A DNA stretch of 62,981 bases, the filler included, from Rozella allomycis CSF55 (taxonomy: Eukaryota): the NCBI GenBank assembly GCA_000442015.1. It is 5 parts of 5 records of this genome, joined end to end, with 100 filler letters (N's around TTAATTAATTAA, not from the genome) between each part and the next. Parts side by side here need not be neighbours in the genome. Positions count along the whole stretch, not along the records: positions 1 to 29,999 come from KE560973.1; positions 30,100 to 33,242 come from KE560976.1; 3 more parts are not named here. One strand, given 5' to 3'. Below the pieces are notes generated by a model. That model had not been told where the DNA came from. It worked only from the letters and a program-made list of their open reading frames with translations, and did no database searches. How positions within the stretch are numbered: the first letter of the stretch is position 1; each line of letters opens with the position of its first letter. The position numbers and the translations under genes are program-made. Shown piece by piece: positions 20,576-32,770 of the stretch.

Positions 20576-22489
20576 CACAGCAACTGAAAAAGAAGGCAAA
20601 TAGTCACCACCGAGATCGATGATATAGGTGGCCGCTGTGTTTATGTTCACGTCTTCGTGCGAATACAAAAAATGTATACTTGTGTTCTCATTCGCGTAAT
20701 GACAAGCCGGCATGTGGAAGATAGCCTAGAAAAGAATGGAATACTACTTTTTGAAATTTTAACATCCATCATTTGATCTTTAACATCCATCATTTGATCT
20801 TTAATAACAGTTACAGTAATTATGCTTCCTTTAAAAACCTTAAGCCTCGTTTCATGTTCAAGTGTCAAAATTGCGCCTAAAGGAAAATTTTCTGCAAAAT
20901 GGTTGGATTACGACGTGTCGTAGTCGGAATGTACAGCCTGTTCTGGACAGTTACGTTCGGACTTGGGGGCAACAAAATCGCCAACAGAATAGTTTCACCC
21001 ACATAATCTCTTGCAATTTCGTTTATTTTGTCTTCAAATGCTCCTCCTAAATCCTTTTTAGCTTGCTTTCGTAGAGAATTAATATTTTTCCGAAAACGTT
21101 TGCTATTCAAAGCAAAAGCATCATTTTTATCCTGAAAAATGCTCTCATAGGAATTTTCTGAAGACTGTCATTGATTTAAAATGTCACAACTATTCACTCC
21201 ATAACTTTTCACAATCGATGCAGATAGACGAACAAATACCTGACGTTAATAGCGATTGATGACATTTCTTTGTTCCGGGGTTTCAGACAGCAGAAGTTAT
21301 TTGTAGACATGTTGACTGATACTGGCGTTCTGTTTACGTGAATTCTTACCATAGGCCTGTTTTGTTTCTAGATGTTTTGTAATCTTTAATCTATGTCTCA
21401 AATATTCGCGATTTGTGGCACCCTTTTTCTTATCTTTGTCATCATTAACTACCATTTTCAACAGTAAAACCTAAACAGATTATGAGAACAAAATTTTTGA
21501 GCATGTTTAATTATTAGCTTTCCTTACATTGGTTTGAGTTGTATTGCAAAAAGTGTTTGGTAGTAAAGTTGAAAAAAATGGACAGGGGGGACACCTGTAG
21601 TAAGGTCACAACTTATAAGTGCAGGAGCAAAAAAATATATTAATTGACATGTGAGATTAACTTTTCTGATAGTGGTTTGTGGTGGATTTGCAAAAAGTGA
21701 TTGGTAGTAAAGTGGAAATGGGTGAGGGACCCCTGTAGTAAGGTCACAATTGATAAGTCTCAGGATTGTACATTATATAAGCATTTTAGAATTTGTAAAT
21801 TTTTGTTTCGATGCGTCATTTAAGTAATTGATTTCTCCGTCGCATATTACGGGTGAGGAGTCTTGACGGATCCCAGGCCGTATTGTCAAGTACCTTTGCA
21901 TGATNAGGAGAATGAACACACTTTGGCATTTAAATTTTCCTAGCGCGATTTCAGCATCGATAATATTGGCACCCAGGCCACGCATTATTAGCCGGGTGCC
22001 GTTACATACACTTGAGACGGATCTAAATTACATAACAAAATTATTGGTATGCCTATTTTAAGAACTAATTTGTGGGCGGGTAAGCCATTGACAGTAAGNC
22101 ACTTTTAATGGATTTTCATTGCTGAAATTGAGAACTGATATGTCGTTCATAGATCTTGCACGCGAAAAAGCCACATAAAGTTGTCCATGAGTAAACACAG
22201 GACCAGGTAAAAAAAGATGCCTACCTTTTTCAACGTCTGACCCTGCGCTTTTTTATGGTCATGGCAAAGCACAATCTGACAGTAAATTGCTTTCTTCGTA
22301 ATACAAATGGTAAAGTAGTTTGTAAGGGACCACAATGCGGGGGTTACACACTCTATGGCCTTTAAATTTGCCACGCGCAAATTTAGCATCGATAAGATTG
22401 GCACCCAGGCCACTAATTATAGGCCGGTTGCCATTACACAACCCTTGGGACGGATCTAAATTACGTTACAAAATTATTGGCATGCCTAT
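20576..22489 (-). mobile_element. Helitron fragment (copy 1): Pif1 helicase C-terminus, internal ~130-bp tandem repeat and decayed 2OG-Fe(II) oxygenase cargo
   Basis: CNG-RPII-GLGANLIDA and KAQGQTLKKVGI helicase motifs; colinear similarity of ~20576-21900 to ~25215-26520. Confidence 0.85.
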
Positions 22490-22490
22490 N

Positions 22491-23860
22491 CATCATAGTT
22501 TGCCACTAGAACATATATCATTTCCAAAATTTCAGAAGCTTCACTCGAAATCTCCGGAAATTTGTCATTCACCATCTTGCCCTGAATACAAGTTTGACAC
22601 TTTTCATCCTCTTCAAATTTTTCTTTTCCGTCCATGCCACGAACTCTTTCACATTTATTTGTTTCTTTCAATCTTTCAGCATTGATATGTCCAAATCTCT
22701 CATGCCATATATGACACCCTTTCTGTGACATCATTGCCACTTCACTCATATTAATTTGATCAATATCCAATTCATATAGATTACGCTTACTAATTTTCTT
22801 TGCTACACCAATAAATTTATTGTAATTTTTCAAATTACAATCATTCTGTTAAAATTCCACCGAACATCCATCATTTTTTGTAAATTCTGAAATTGAAAAG
22901 AGATTTGTATTCAACTGTGGAACATGTATCAAAAATTCTGTATTTTATCCCCCTTGCCAACAGCCTTCACTAATATGGCAATAGCTGTTTCAACTTCAAC
23001 ATTATTTACTTTGGTATAATTCGTCATATGCGTACTCATAGTAGAAAAATGTGCTGAAGCACCAGAATCAACAACAAAATAATGATATAAGTTTTCTTTT
23101 ATTTTCTTGCATTGTGCCTTGTAATGTCCAGGTTTTTTGCATTGAAACAAACTATTTCATTCTTGTTTTTTCTCATAAATATCATTCAAATCGCATATCC
23201 TTAAAATCTGTTCTTGTTTCTAAACTAGTAATTATACTCATGAATTTTAATAGTAGAAAATTCAGAAGTAATATGTTTCTTATCACTGGGTGCAAAGCCA
23301 CATCACTTTCTTCCAATGTTCTTAAACCTTTTAAAATCAACAATAGATTCTTCAATAGATTTTCAAATAGGCTTGACTAAAGACTTAACTGCTTTCACTA
23401 TTGAACTTCCACTATTCTTTCCATGTGCACATTCAAGTGCTTTCCATGTTTCACCAGATGACTTTGCTCTTTTTATATGTTCAATTTGAGATTCAGACAC
23501 TAATAAAGTAATTGTTGCCAAAGCATCAAGGTAATCTTCGTTTTTTTCTTTTGTATAATTCAAATCTTTTTCACTATCATTATTTTCATTTTTCATATTC
23601 ACCTCACCATTGTTTTCTCTACTATTTTCCATAGTTTCATCACTGAATAAGCTCTTGTGTATAGTGACCACGAGGAGTAGTTTTCACTTGTAAGTTTAGC
23701 TATCGTAAGGTCCATATTATTGCCTGGGCTCATAACTTGTTAAAGTAAAGTCACAAGAAGACTGAACTGAAATCACCAGGGTAAAGAAAAATTTATTTAC
23801 CATATTTCAAATTGCGTCCTAGAGTCTTCATTACTAGTTTCCTGACTTAGGGCTCCAACA
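22491..23860 (-). mobile_element. 5' part of a Ty1/Copia LTR retrotransposon: LTR, PBS, gag, zinc knuckle, protease, GAG-pre-integrase
   Basis: gag start MDLTIAKLTSENYSSW at 23715; CFQCKKPGHYKAQC knuckle; FVVDSGASAH protease; WHERFGH...CQTCIQGK. Confidence 0.9.
23738..23860 (-). repeat. 123-bp 5' LTR (TGTT...AACA), followed by PBS AGTTATGAGCCCAGG at 23723-23737
   Basis: TG/CA inverted termini; the PBS resembles the copia-type GGTTATGGGCCCAG internal tRNA-iMet primer site and lies just before the gag ATG. Confidence 0.8.
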
Positions 23861-24779
23861 GAGTTTTAACTGTTAGTGCAGAAAAAGTCAAACTAAAACC
23901 AGTTGAATGACATAATTCTCCGACAAAAAGAGCGCCTAACGGCCGTGTAGTTAAATTTTGGTCAGATGACGAATTAGATATGTCTTTTGACAAACCATCG
24001 CGAAAGAGCAACCCGCGCCTATTGATAGCGAAATCCCGACTATCCCCCTTCCGAAGTATTATAGAATTATTGCGGACATAAATGGAGAAAGCAAAAAAAT
24101 TGCGGACATAAATGGAGAAAACAAAAAACTAGATGGCGCCGAATTCGTAAACCACTTGCGTTAATGGTTGCATACAATAATTACCTAAATGTGACGAATC
24201 CCGGCGAACGCAAATTTGAAACAACCAATACAGTCCTTCGAACATTTCATAAACTGGTTACCATCATTGACAGAGACATCAATTTAATTCACAAAGGCAA
24301 ATCTAGCTCTGATTTTTAAAAGGATGTGCAAATAATTTTTGACGAAATTGAAGAAAGATCAGACTGGACCTATAAATATATTTTGGAACTTTAAACTTCC
24401 AAAAAATATAATCAATTTTTTCAATCAAACGAATTTTTCTTACAGTCAGTATCTCGTTGATTGAATGATATTATTCGGGTGTCAAATGTCTAAGTACTGA
24501 ATTAACTTATTTGCGGATGAATCCATAGGGTAACAGGAGAGAATTACACCTGTCGTGAACACATGCATGTCTGCAAATGCTCGTATTTATCCTCTAGTCA
24601 TAAATTGTTACTATAAATTAGTATTTACTCCGTATTTGAACGACAGTCTATTAGGTAACAGGCGGGGGTCCCTCACCTTGCAGGACTATGATTCCTTAGT
24701 AGCAATTTAGTTTCACTGGCCTGTTTAACCTGATGTCAGTATTTCATACCTTTAGGATAGTATGTCTCTATTTTGCAAA

Positions 24780-25060
24780 TAATTATTTACTTGTTTGCAA
24801 AAGTTTTACCCTGGTCTTGTTGTTGTAACGGTTGCATTAATGTCGGAAGCGGGATGTCAAAGACAGGGTGTCCATGCTAATTATAGTAGGGACAGGATTG
24901 ATGAATAAGCGGACCAATTTCGACTTGCCGCAATTATGGCGTTAGAAAACAACTTTCGGGAAAGTATATTTACAGGATGTTTAAACAAAATAAACGCCAT
25001 CACCAAACAATCAATTGAAGTCCGTAACATTCCAAAAGGATTTATTCTCTTTTTTCTTGT
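24780..25060 (+). pseudogene. Third, diverged 2OG-Fe(II) oxygenase paralog, truncated at the Helitron 3' end
   Basis: VALMSEAGCQRQGVHANY...LAAIMALEN...IPKGFILFFL aligns with VELKSECNCPEQAVHSDY...LGAILALEH...IPKGSIAFFL; one in-frame TAA. Confidence 0.7.
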
Positions 25061-25061
25061 A

Positions 25062-28000
25062 CTAGCGGTTGTGCTCGCTTCGCTCGCATTGTACTATTTG
25101 TAGCAAAAAACATAGTTCATTAAAACAATTAATAGATTTATTTATATGCGCTATTGGCTGGGGTTGAGCTTGCTAGCACTGCGAGAATTATAAGCATATT
25201 CATTGTTTTCTGGGGCCACAGCAACAGAAAAAGAAGGCAAATAGTCATCTTTCTCTTCGAGATATACGTGGCCGCTGTGTTTATGTTCACGTCTCTGTGC
25301 AAACACAAAAATGTATTCTTGTGTTCTCATTCTCGTAATGACAGCCGGCATGTGGAAGATAGCCTAGAAAGAATGCAATACTACCTTTTGGAATTTTAAC
25401 CTCCATCATTTGTTCTTTTGTAACAGTAACAGTATTGATGCTTCCTTTACAAACCTTAAGCCTCGTTCCATGTTCAAGTGCCAAAATTGCGCCTAAAGGA
25501 AAATTTTCTGCAAACTGGTATGACAACGACGTGTCGTAGTCGGAATGTACAGCCTGCTCTGGACAGTTACATTCCGACTTGAGCTCTACAAAATCGCTAC
25601 CAAAAAAGTTTTCACCGACATAATCTCTTGCAATTTTGTTCATATTGTCCTTAAATGCTCTTCCCAAATCTAGTTTAGCTTGCTTTCGTGGTGAATTAAA
25701 ATTTGTCCGAAAACGTTTGTTATTCAAAGCAAAAGCATCACTTTTATGCTGAAAAATGCTCTCATAGGAATTTTCTGTAGACTGTAATTGATTTAAAATG
25801 TCAGAACTATTCACTCCATAAATTTTCACAATCGATGCAGATAGACGAAAAATACCTCACGTCAATAAAGATTTATGACATTTTTTTTGTTCCGGGGTTT
25901 CAGAGAGCATAAGTCGTTTATAGACATGTTGACTAATACTGGCGTTCTTTTTACGTAAATTCTTATCATAGGTCTGTTTGTTTCTAGATGTTTAGTAATC
26001 TTTAATCTTTGTCTCAAATAATCGCGATTTTTGGCACGTTATTCTTCTCTTTGTCGTCAGTTACTATCATTTTGCAACCAGGGTATGACGACTGTAAAAT
26101 CTAAATAGATTATGAGAACAATATTTTTGAGTATTATTAACTTTCCTGATAGTGGCGTCTGGTTTTTTTGCAAACTCATTGACAGTAAAAATGAGATAGG
26201 GGGTCACCTGTAGTAAGGTCACAACTGTAAAGTGCAGAAGCGAAAAATATATTAATTGACTTGTGCAATGAACGTTCCTGATAGTGGTTTGCAGCGGATT
26301 TGTAAAAAGTGTTTGGTATTAAAGTTGAGATGGATAGGGGGGACAGCTGTAGTAAGGTCACACCTGATAATTCTCAGGATTGGATACACAATATTAGTCT
26401 TTTTAAAATTTGTTTATTTGAGTTTTGATGGGTCATTTACGTGATTGATTTTGCCGTCACATATCATGGGGGAGGAGTCTTGACGGATCCCGGGCCGTAT
26501 TGTCAAGTACCTTTACATGATATGCTATGTCAAAATCTCACGATAAACAACGTTTTTGACTTGTGATGGATTTTGATTGCTGTAATTGAGGACTGAATCA
26601 TAGATCTTGCACGCGATAAAGCCACATTGTCCATGAGTGAACACAGGACCTGGTAAAAAGATGGCTACCTTTTTTAACGTTTGACCCTGCGCTTTGTTTA
26701 TAGTCATGGCAAAGCACAATCTGACAGGAAATTGCTTTCTTCGTAATACAAATGGTAAGGTAGTTTGTGAGGGGCTTAACACAATGAGGAGAATGAACAC
26801 ACTTTGGCATTTAAATTTTCCTAGCGCGATTTCAGCATCGATAATATTGGCACCCAGGCCACGCATTATTAGCCGGGTGCCGTTACATACACTTGAGACG
26901 GATCTAAATTACATAACAAAATTATTGGTATGCCTATTTTAAGAACTAATTTGTGGGCGGGTAAGCCATTGACAGTAAGCGTGTACATAAATTCAGTGGG
27001 AAACAATCTGGCTTCTTCTTCATCTTCGACGCTATCAGGNGTCTTCATCTTCGACGCTATCAGCACTATAATATGTCTTTGCAAAACCCTTGAATTAACT
27101 CACCTATTTTATGGTTTATTAAATCAACATCCCAATTGTTCGGCGTTAAAATAGCACGTTCTGTAAGATTCCGTATTCGATAGATTTTGATGTAAGTCGG
27201 GAACGACAGTTGTCCATGTTGTTGTTCTCAATGACAATTTTTCGTGGTAGCATCATTAGANTTTAAGAACAAATTTGTGGGAGCATCATTAGATTCTCGG
27301 CAATGTTAAAAAGTTTTCCTTCTCCGATTCCTATTAGGTAGTTTGTAAAGTCAATGTTCAGAGCCCTATTGTTAGATGTTAGATGAAAGCGATAAAATTG
27401 TGGCCAAATATATTAGTGTTGCAATGTTGCCGCTAAAATATCATGTCTGCTACCTCTTAGTACGACGGGCAATATTTGACGAAAATNGTGTTGCCGCTAC
27501 AATATCGTGTTTGCTACCTCTCAGTACGACGGGTAATATTTGACGAAAATCTCCCCCAAACAGAACAGGCACACCGCCAAACAATTCATTGCAATTGCGC
27601 ACATCCCGTAAACCAATGGAATATCGACGACATATCCCAGACAATAAGAGACGTAGTTCTGAAAAGGTCCACTAACTGACCTTGTACTGGTATGTTGCAT
27701 GTAGCATGAGCATCTAATGTCAAAGGANTTACGGTCTCAATGGCATATCGATGACACATAGGTATTTCGGCCCAGACAAAAAAAGACGTACTTCTCAAAA
27801 TGTCCGGTAACCGGCCTTGCACTGGTATGTTGCATGTAGCATGAGCATTTAATGTTAAAGGAATTTTGAATTGATAATGAGCTGTGCGTCCCCCTTGCAA
27901 CAAATACGCCGCGATACCGCTGAATGCCACAGCTAGAACGATCTTACCCTTACTTCTAAGATAAGCCAGAATGGAGATGGATAGGGGGACACCTGTAGNG

Positions 28001-29630
28001 CAAAATATTTTCTAACGATTCTAAGTCCTGAAATGTAACTAATTGACTATCTTCTAAGTGCACCGGTAAGCGATATATTGCATGAGAATGGCCATGTNGA
28101 CTAACTTACCTTTACTTCTAAGATACGCTAGAATGACCGTGTACAGGAATGTTTTGCAAGAGCCACCTGGGCTATCCACTAAACAACTCTTCTGATCGCC
28201 ACCGTTAAACACTACATTAGTTACATTGTCAAACACGGCTTGTTGCTTTGCGTCCAATTGCTCGATATTTGGCAACCCTGCATCTATTTCTTTTGCCGAA
28301 TAATTCAATTCATCGGCGATCAAGTTATTGTCATTAAAGGCATCATCTGTATTTTCATCGGCATGATCGTCATATATATGTGGGAGAGCTGGAATTGTAT
28401 GATAGAGATTACCTTGAAAACTAAGTAGTTCACGAATAGCTATGGCTGCTTTGTTGTACCTTTCAATGTCCGGCAAGTTGTCAAAATCTTCTGAAAGGNT
28501 TACTGAGATCCACCGGCAACCCACCGCAGCCTGTATGTTACGTCCCATGGCCACCCAAGGTGGAAGACTCCCAGGGTGAGTTTAAATATAGATCGAGAGT
28601 TTTACAAATGANTGTCAGTATGGTAACAACTTTTGATGTACGTGGTGGGAATGGTTTGGGATAAGCTTTGGTACATGTGGGTGGTCTGTGTGGATCTGTT
28701 TGACTCATGCATGGAGATCTGACCGCAAATGCCATGAACCATTTGAGTCGCAACTAAATCATACAACTCCGGTTGGATTTCCCTGAAAGGCTGTAACAAG
28801 TTTATCAAAGTCAATTGGGTCGCATGGTTTGGATGATTCATCTAAAGTATGTAAAATGTGAGCATGCGGTACGGTAACACTCTCTTTTGACATTCCACAA
28901 CATACATAAAGGCAATGACTTTTCCAAACATATTGTTTTTTGTGAGGTCCTGAATGATCAATTGAAGTTTTTGGTTAAATACAAGGGCGCCAATGTCAGG
29001 GCGATCTTGCGCTGTCTTGTTTAACATTAGGTTGTTCTTAATTTCAGGCCAGGCAGGGGTATAAGTGACAGTGATAACCAAATCTGGCTTTCCAAACTCA
29101 AGTACTATTGCCATTGAATCCTGGTATGATTGCAGCAAGCTCTAGGACCTGCGGTAAAGCTTGATGGTATACGTTCATTATGATTCGGAAAAGCATCCTG
29201 AAGGCCTTGGTAAAGTTCAGATCATATTTCGCGCTGATGAGTTCTAAAATAGTTTAATCGTCATGTTTCAATTTTGGAGTATTTATCAACAATATATTGT
29301 TGGAAAAGTTTTCGAATGGGATGATTTCTGCGGCCTTCAGTACAAAGATGTAAATAAAACGATGTCCATTGAAGTGTCGTTACACGTCGGCCTCTTGTAT
29401 TCATAAAATTGGGTGTCCATCACTATGCGGAAACAAAAGATGATATTGTAAAGGGTCGTAGTGCCTACTCAACTCGGACATTTCTTTCAAACTGTTATCA
29501 CGATGTCTAAAAATACTTTCACCCCTGTTTGTTACATTCTCCTTATCATTTATTAAAACGGCAACATCATCAGAAGTAGGTAGATTATATATGCTATAAA
29601 TCCAATCCGTTGACTCTACGAACATGCCAT
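25062..29630 (-). mobile_element. Helitron (copy 2): decayed Rep-helicase, internal repeats, oxygenase cargo and an intact-looking 3' terminus
   Basis: YNLPTSDDVAV, YDPLQYHLLFP, YQDSMAIV..FGKPDL.IT, VVECQKR-LP, DSPGGSCKTF, GGRTAH, FGGDFRQILPV, RRKQFPVRLCFAMTINKAQGQT; 3' end GCGAGCGAAGCGAGC-ACAACCG-CTAG|T at 25062. Confidence 0.93.
25287..25829 (-). CDS. 2OG-Fe(II) dioxygenase-like (double-stranded beta-helix, PhyH-like) Helitron cargo; probable frameshifts at both ends
   Basis: HxD motif QAVHSDY, distal His in GYLPHAG and terminal Arg in NTRIH; lies between the helicase stop and the Helitron 3' CTAG. Confidence 0.7.
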   Translation of the reverse strand: MKIYGVNSSDILNQLQSTENSYESIFQHKSDAFALNNKRFRTNFNSPRKQAKLDLGRAFKDNMNKIARDYVGENFFGSDFVELKSECNCPEQAVHSDYDTSLSYQFAENFPLGAILALEHGTRLKVCKGSINTVTVTKEQMMEVKIPKGSIAFFLGYLPHAGCHYENENTRIHFCVCTET

Positions 29631-29999
29631 ATCAATTAATTTCAAAATCCTTCTAAAATAATAATTATGTAATAAAAATATATTTTAACTATCAATTGGC
29701 GAAGTTTTTTTTATTTTGTTAAGGGCGATTCGAACAGCTTCCAAAACTCGGGTAAGGAATAAAGGTAGATTTCCGTTGACGAAGTCAACGGAAAAATAAA
29801 TTTGGTCACTACAAAATATCAAAAATTTGGGCCAAAAACCGCAGTTGTGAGCCAGATCGAGAGTTGGAGTATTTGTCAACGGCAAAAATTATACGCCCCC
29901 TTCTGAGACTTATAATTCTTGTTGTTGACAAAATTCAACTAGCAACAGAATGCCTTCTAAATAGTTAAAAAAGACAAAAATAGTTATTTAAAAAAGAAG

Positions 30000-30099
30000 N
30001 NNNNNNNNNNNNNNNNNNNNNNNNNNNNNNNNNNNNNNNNNNNTTAATTAATTAANNNNNNNNNNNNNNNNNNNNNNNNNNNNNNNNNNNNNNNNNNNN
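30000..30099. other. Artificial contig linker N-TTAATTAATTAA-N (also at 33243-33342, 44899-44998, 59164-59263)
   Basis: Identical 100-nt N-padded six-frame-stop spacer occurs four times; genes are truncated at these points. Confidence 0.97.
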
Positions 30100-30562
30100 T
30101 ATAAAACTTTGCTTTTGGAGTTAAATCTTTCGCTCTTCCCCTGAACTTTACCAACTCTGGTGATTCACAATCACTATCAAATTGATTCACATCAAATTAC
30201 CAATGGAACTTCTTCTCCCATTTCATCACCTCGTCCCAAACTCCCTCATTTAAAAAGTTGTGAACATCGACCATCATATCAACATCTGCGGGATCTGTTT
30301 CGTAGCCTTTTCTTCGCAATGCATTATAAAACATTCGAGGCGATGGATATTCCCACAATTTTTCTGTATCTCCTCTGGGAATTGTAGACATTTCACGCGA
30401 ATTAGACAAATCTTCTGCCGTCACAGATGATGCTGCCTCCAAAGTGCTCGAATATGGCATTTGGGTTAATGGGTTTATTGATTCATTCTGATTGTGATCA
30501 ATTGGACAAGATTTAACATCTTGGTTATGATTCACCGGACATTTAGACTCTTCTGAAACCAT
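30100..30562 (-). CDS. CYC3: Cytochrome c/c1 heme lyase (HCCS family), 3' truncated by the contig end
   Basis: Two CP heme-regulatory motifs (CPVNH, CPIDH), STIPRG, WEYPSPRMFYNALRRKG, VHNFLNEGVW. Confidence 0.9.
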
Positions 30563-30664
30563 CCGAATCACAAAATTCCTAAACGGGATTTCAGAACAGC
30601 GATGTCAAAATATCTTTGTTATGATTAAATTTGAAACTGCATTAGGTTAAATTTGTAGATAAGT

Positions 30665-31985
30665 TTATTCAAAATTTTTGGATGAAAAAGATGTTGACGA
30701 ATGGAAAAAAGGGTGAGATATACTCGCCAACGCAGATATTCGCCTGGTTTGATTATAGTTTAGCAATTGTTTAATCAAATCAAGAAAATGGTATTCAAAT
30801 TTTATCTTTGGGTTTATAAGTTCCTTTGTTATCTTCTTGACTCTTAACCCTTACTTGAATCGTCTTTGCATTGTTTACGTATTTTTCTTCAACATTTTTT
30901 GAGGCAGATCTATTAACCTTGTATTTTTTAGTAAAGAAATTCTTAAATGAAGATTGATCCACGCATTCTATCATCTCTTTTGGAAATGGGCCAAGAATTT
31001 TCTCCATTAGTGCCAGATGTTCTACATCGTCATGTGTCTTGAACAACAATTTTCCAGTAAATAATTCAACTGAAATACAACCAACAGCCCAGATATCACA
31101 CGCAAATGTCCATCCAAGCTCTTTTTATCTAAATAAAGTTGTTTTACTAAGAATAACTTCGGGAGGTCTATAGTAGCGAGTGGATACGATGCTTTGATAA
31201 TTGTGTTGACTGTTGTACACCGCAGTCCCAAAATCTATTAGTACTATCTTGGTATTGTTCATTAATCTGTAATGGCCGAGTGTCTTGAAAAAAAATGGAA
31301 GGTTATATTTACTGATGAGTTTTGCTCAACGGTGAATTGATCATGTACAAAAAGAATGTTTTCTGGCTTTATATCGGTATGTATTATATTTAATGAGTGT
31401 ATAAATGCAATGGCTTTCAATAGTTGTTGGCATATACTTTGGATCTGAAATAGAGGATACGGCTGGTAGGAATTTAATCTAAGGAATTCGAATAGACTTG
31501 GGCCATAAATAGGGAAAAGCATGCATACATGGTTTCCAAGGTTGAAGTCCTGCAAAAGTGTTATGCACCCCCTTGTAAATTATCTGATGGAATAATTACT
31601 GAGTCCCTTCAACATCATGATACCGTAGAACTTTTAGAATATCAAGTTCACTTTCAGCGGATCTTTTATATTTGTCTATTCCTTTTATGACTTTCAAGGC
31701 CAATTTTTCTAATGTGGCAATTTCCTCAACTCTAAATACCTCACCGTACATTCCTTTTCCAATAATATCTTTAATTTTATCTATACATGATTGAATATTA
31801 ATTTTACATTTTGCATAAATAACGTCATCTATTTTCAAAATACAATAACCATCTGCGGTCATAGACATTCTGGACAAGGCCTTATAAACAATAAGTTTTC
31901 AAGTTACTTTTCCAGCTGAGCAGGAAAGATTTAGATTATTCCTTTGTTGGCTATTTCCAACGCGCGGTGCGGTAGATACGGACAT
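30665..31985 (-). CDS. KNS1: LAMMER/CLK dual-specificity kinase, multi-exon
   Basis: IGKGMYGEV, ALKVIK, HTDIKPEN, IDFG, EHLALMEKILGPFP (LAMMER motif). Confidence 0.85.
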
Positions 31986-32182
31986 TAACCGCAAACTGGA
32001 AAAATCAAAACAAAAAATAAGTAACGTGAAATCGAATAATGGGAATAGAAAAGTAATAAATCAAAATGTTATGCACGGCAGACAGAATTTCAAATTCATA
32101 CCCATAATAACAATTCAGCCATAAGTCAAAGTCTACAAGAAAGTCTTTATTGAAGGAAATGAGTTCTTTTTGCTTAAAACNA

Positions 32183-32770
32183 TGTATAAACGCAATGGCT
32201 TTCAATAGTTGTTGGGTTATACTTTGGATCTGAAATAAAGGATATGGCTGGTAGGAATTTAATCTAAGGAATTCGAACAGACTTGGGCCGTAAATAGGGA
32301 AAAGCATGCATACATGGTTTCCAAGGTTGAAGTCCTGTAAAAGTGTTATGCACCCCCTTGTAAATTATCTGATGGATTAATTACTGAGTCCCTTCAATAT
32401 CATGATACCGTAGAACTTTTAGAATATCAAGTTCAGTTTCTGCGGATCTTTTATATTTGTCTATGCCTTTTATGACTTTCAAGGCCAGTTTTTCTGATGT
32501 GGCAATCTCCTCAACTCTAAATACCTCTCCATACATTCCTTTTCCAATGATATCTTTAATTTTATCTGTACATGATTGAATATTAACTTTACATTTTGCA
32601 TAAATAACGTCATCTATTTTCAAAATACAATAACCATCTGCGGTCATAGACATTCTGGACAAGGCCTTATAAGCAATAAGTTTTCAAATTACTTTTCCAG
32701 CTGAAAAGGAAAGATTTAGATTATTCTTTTGTTGGCTAGTGCCAGCGCGCGGTGCGGTAGATACGGACAT
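32183..32770 (-). pseudogene. Partial tandem duplicate of the LAMMER kinase 5' half, ending at the N gap at 32182
   Basis: Near-identical ORFs 32381-32662 versus 31596-31877 with scattered substitutions. Confidence 0.7.

Noticed and set aside
21540-21770. Repeated CCTGTAGTAAGGTCACA units as a CRISPR-like array
   Set aside because: Eukaryotic context, only two units per copy with similar intervening sequence; these are internal Helitron tandem repeats
24524-24545. TAGGGTAACAGG resembling an I-SceI site or LSU rRNA fragment
   Set aside because: Too short, with no flanking rRNA similarity
30000-30099. Repeated palindromic TTAATTAATTAA flanked by N runs (four times)
   Set aside because: Artificial six-frame-stop contig linker; adjacency across it has no biological meaning
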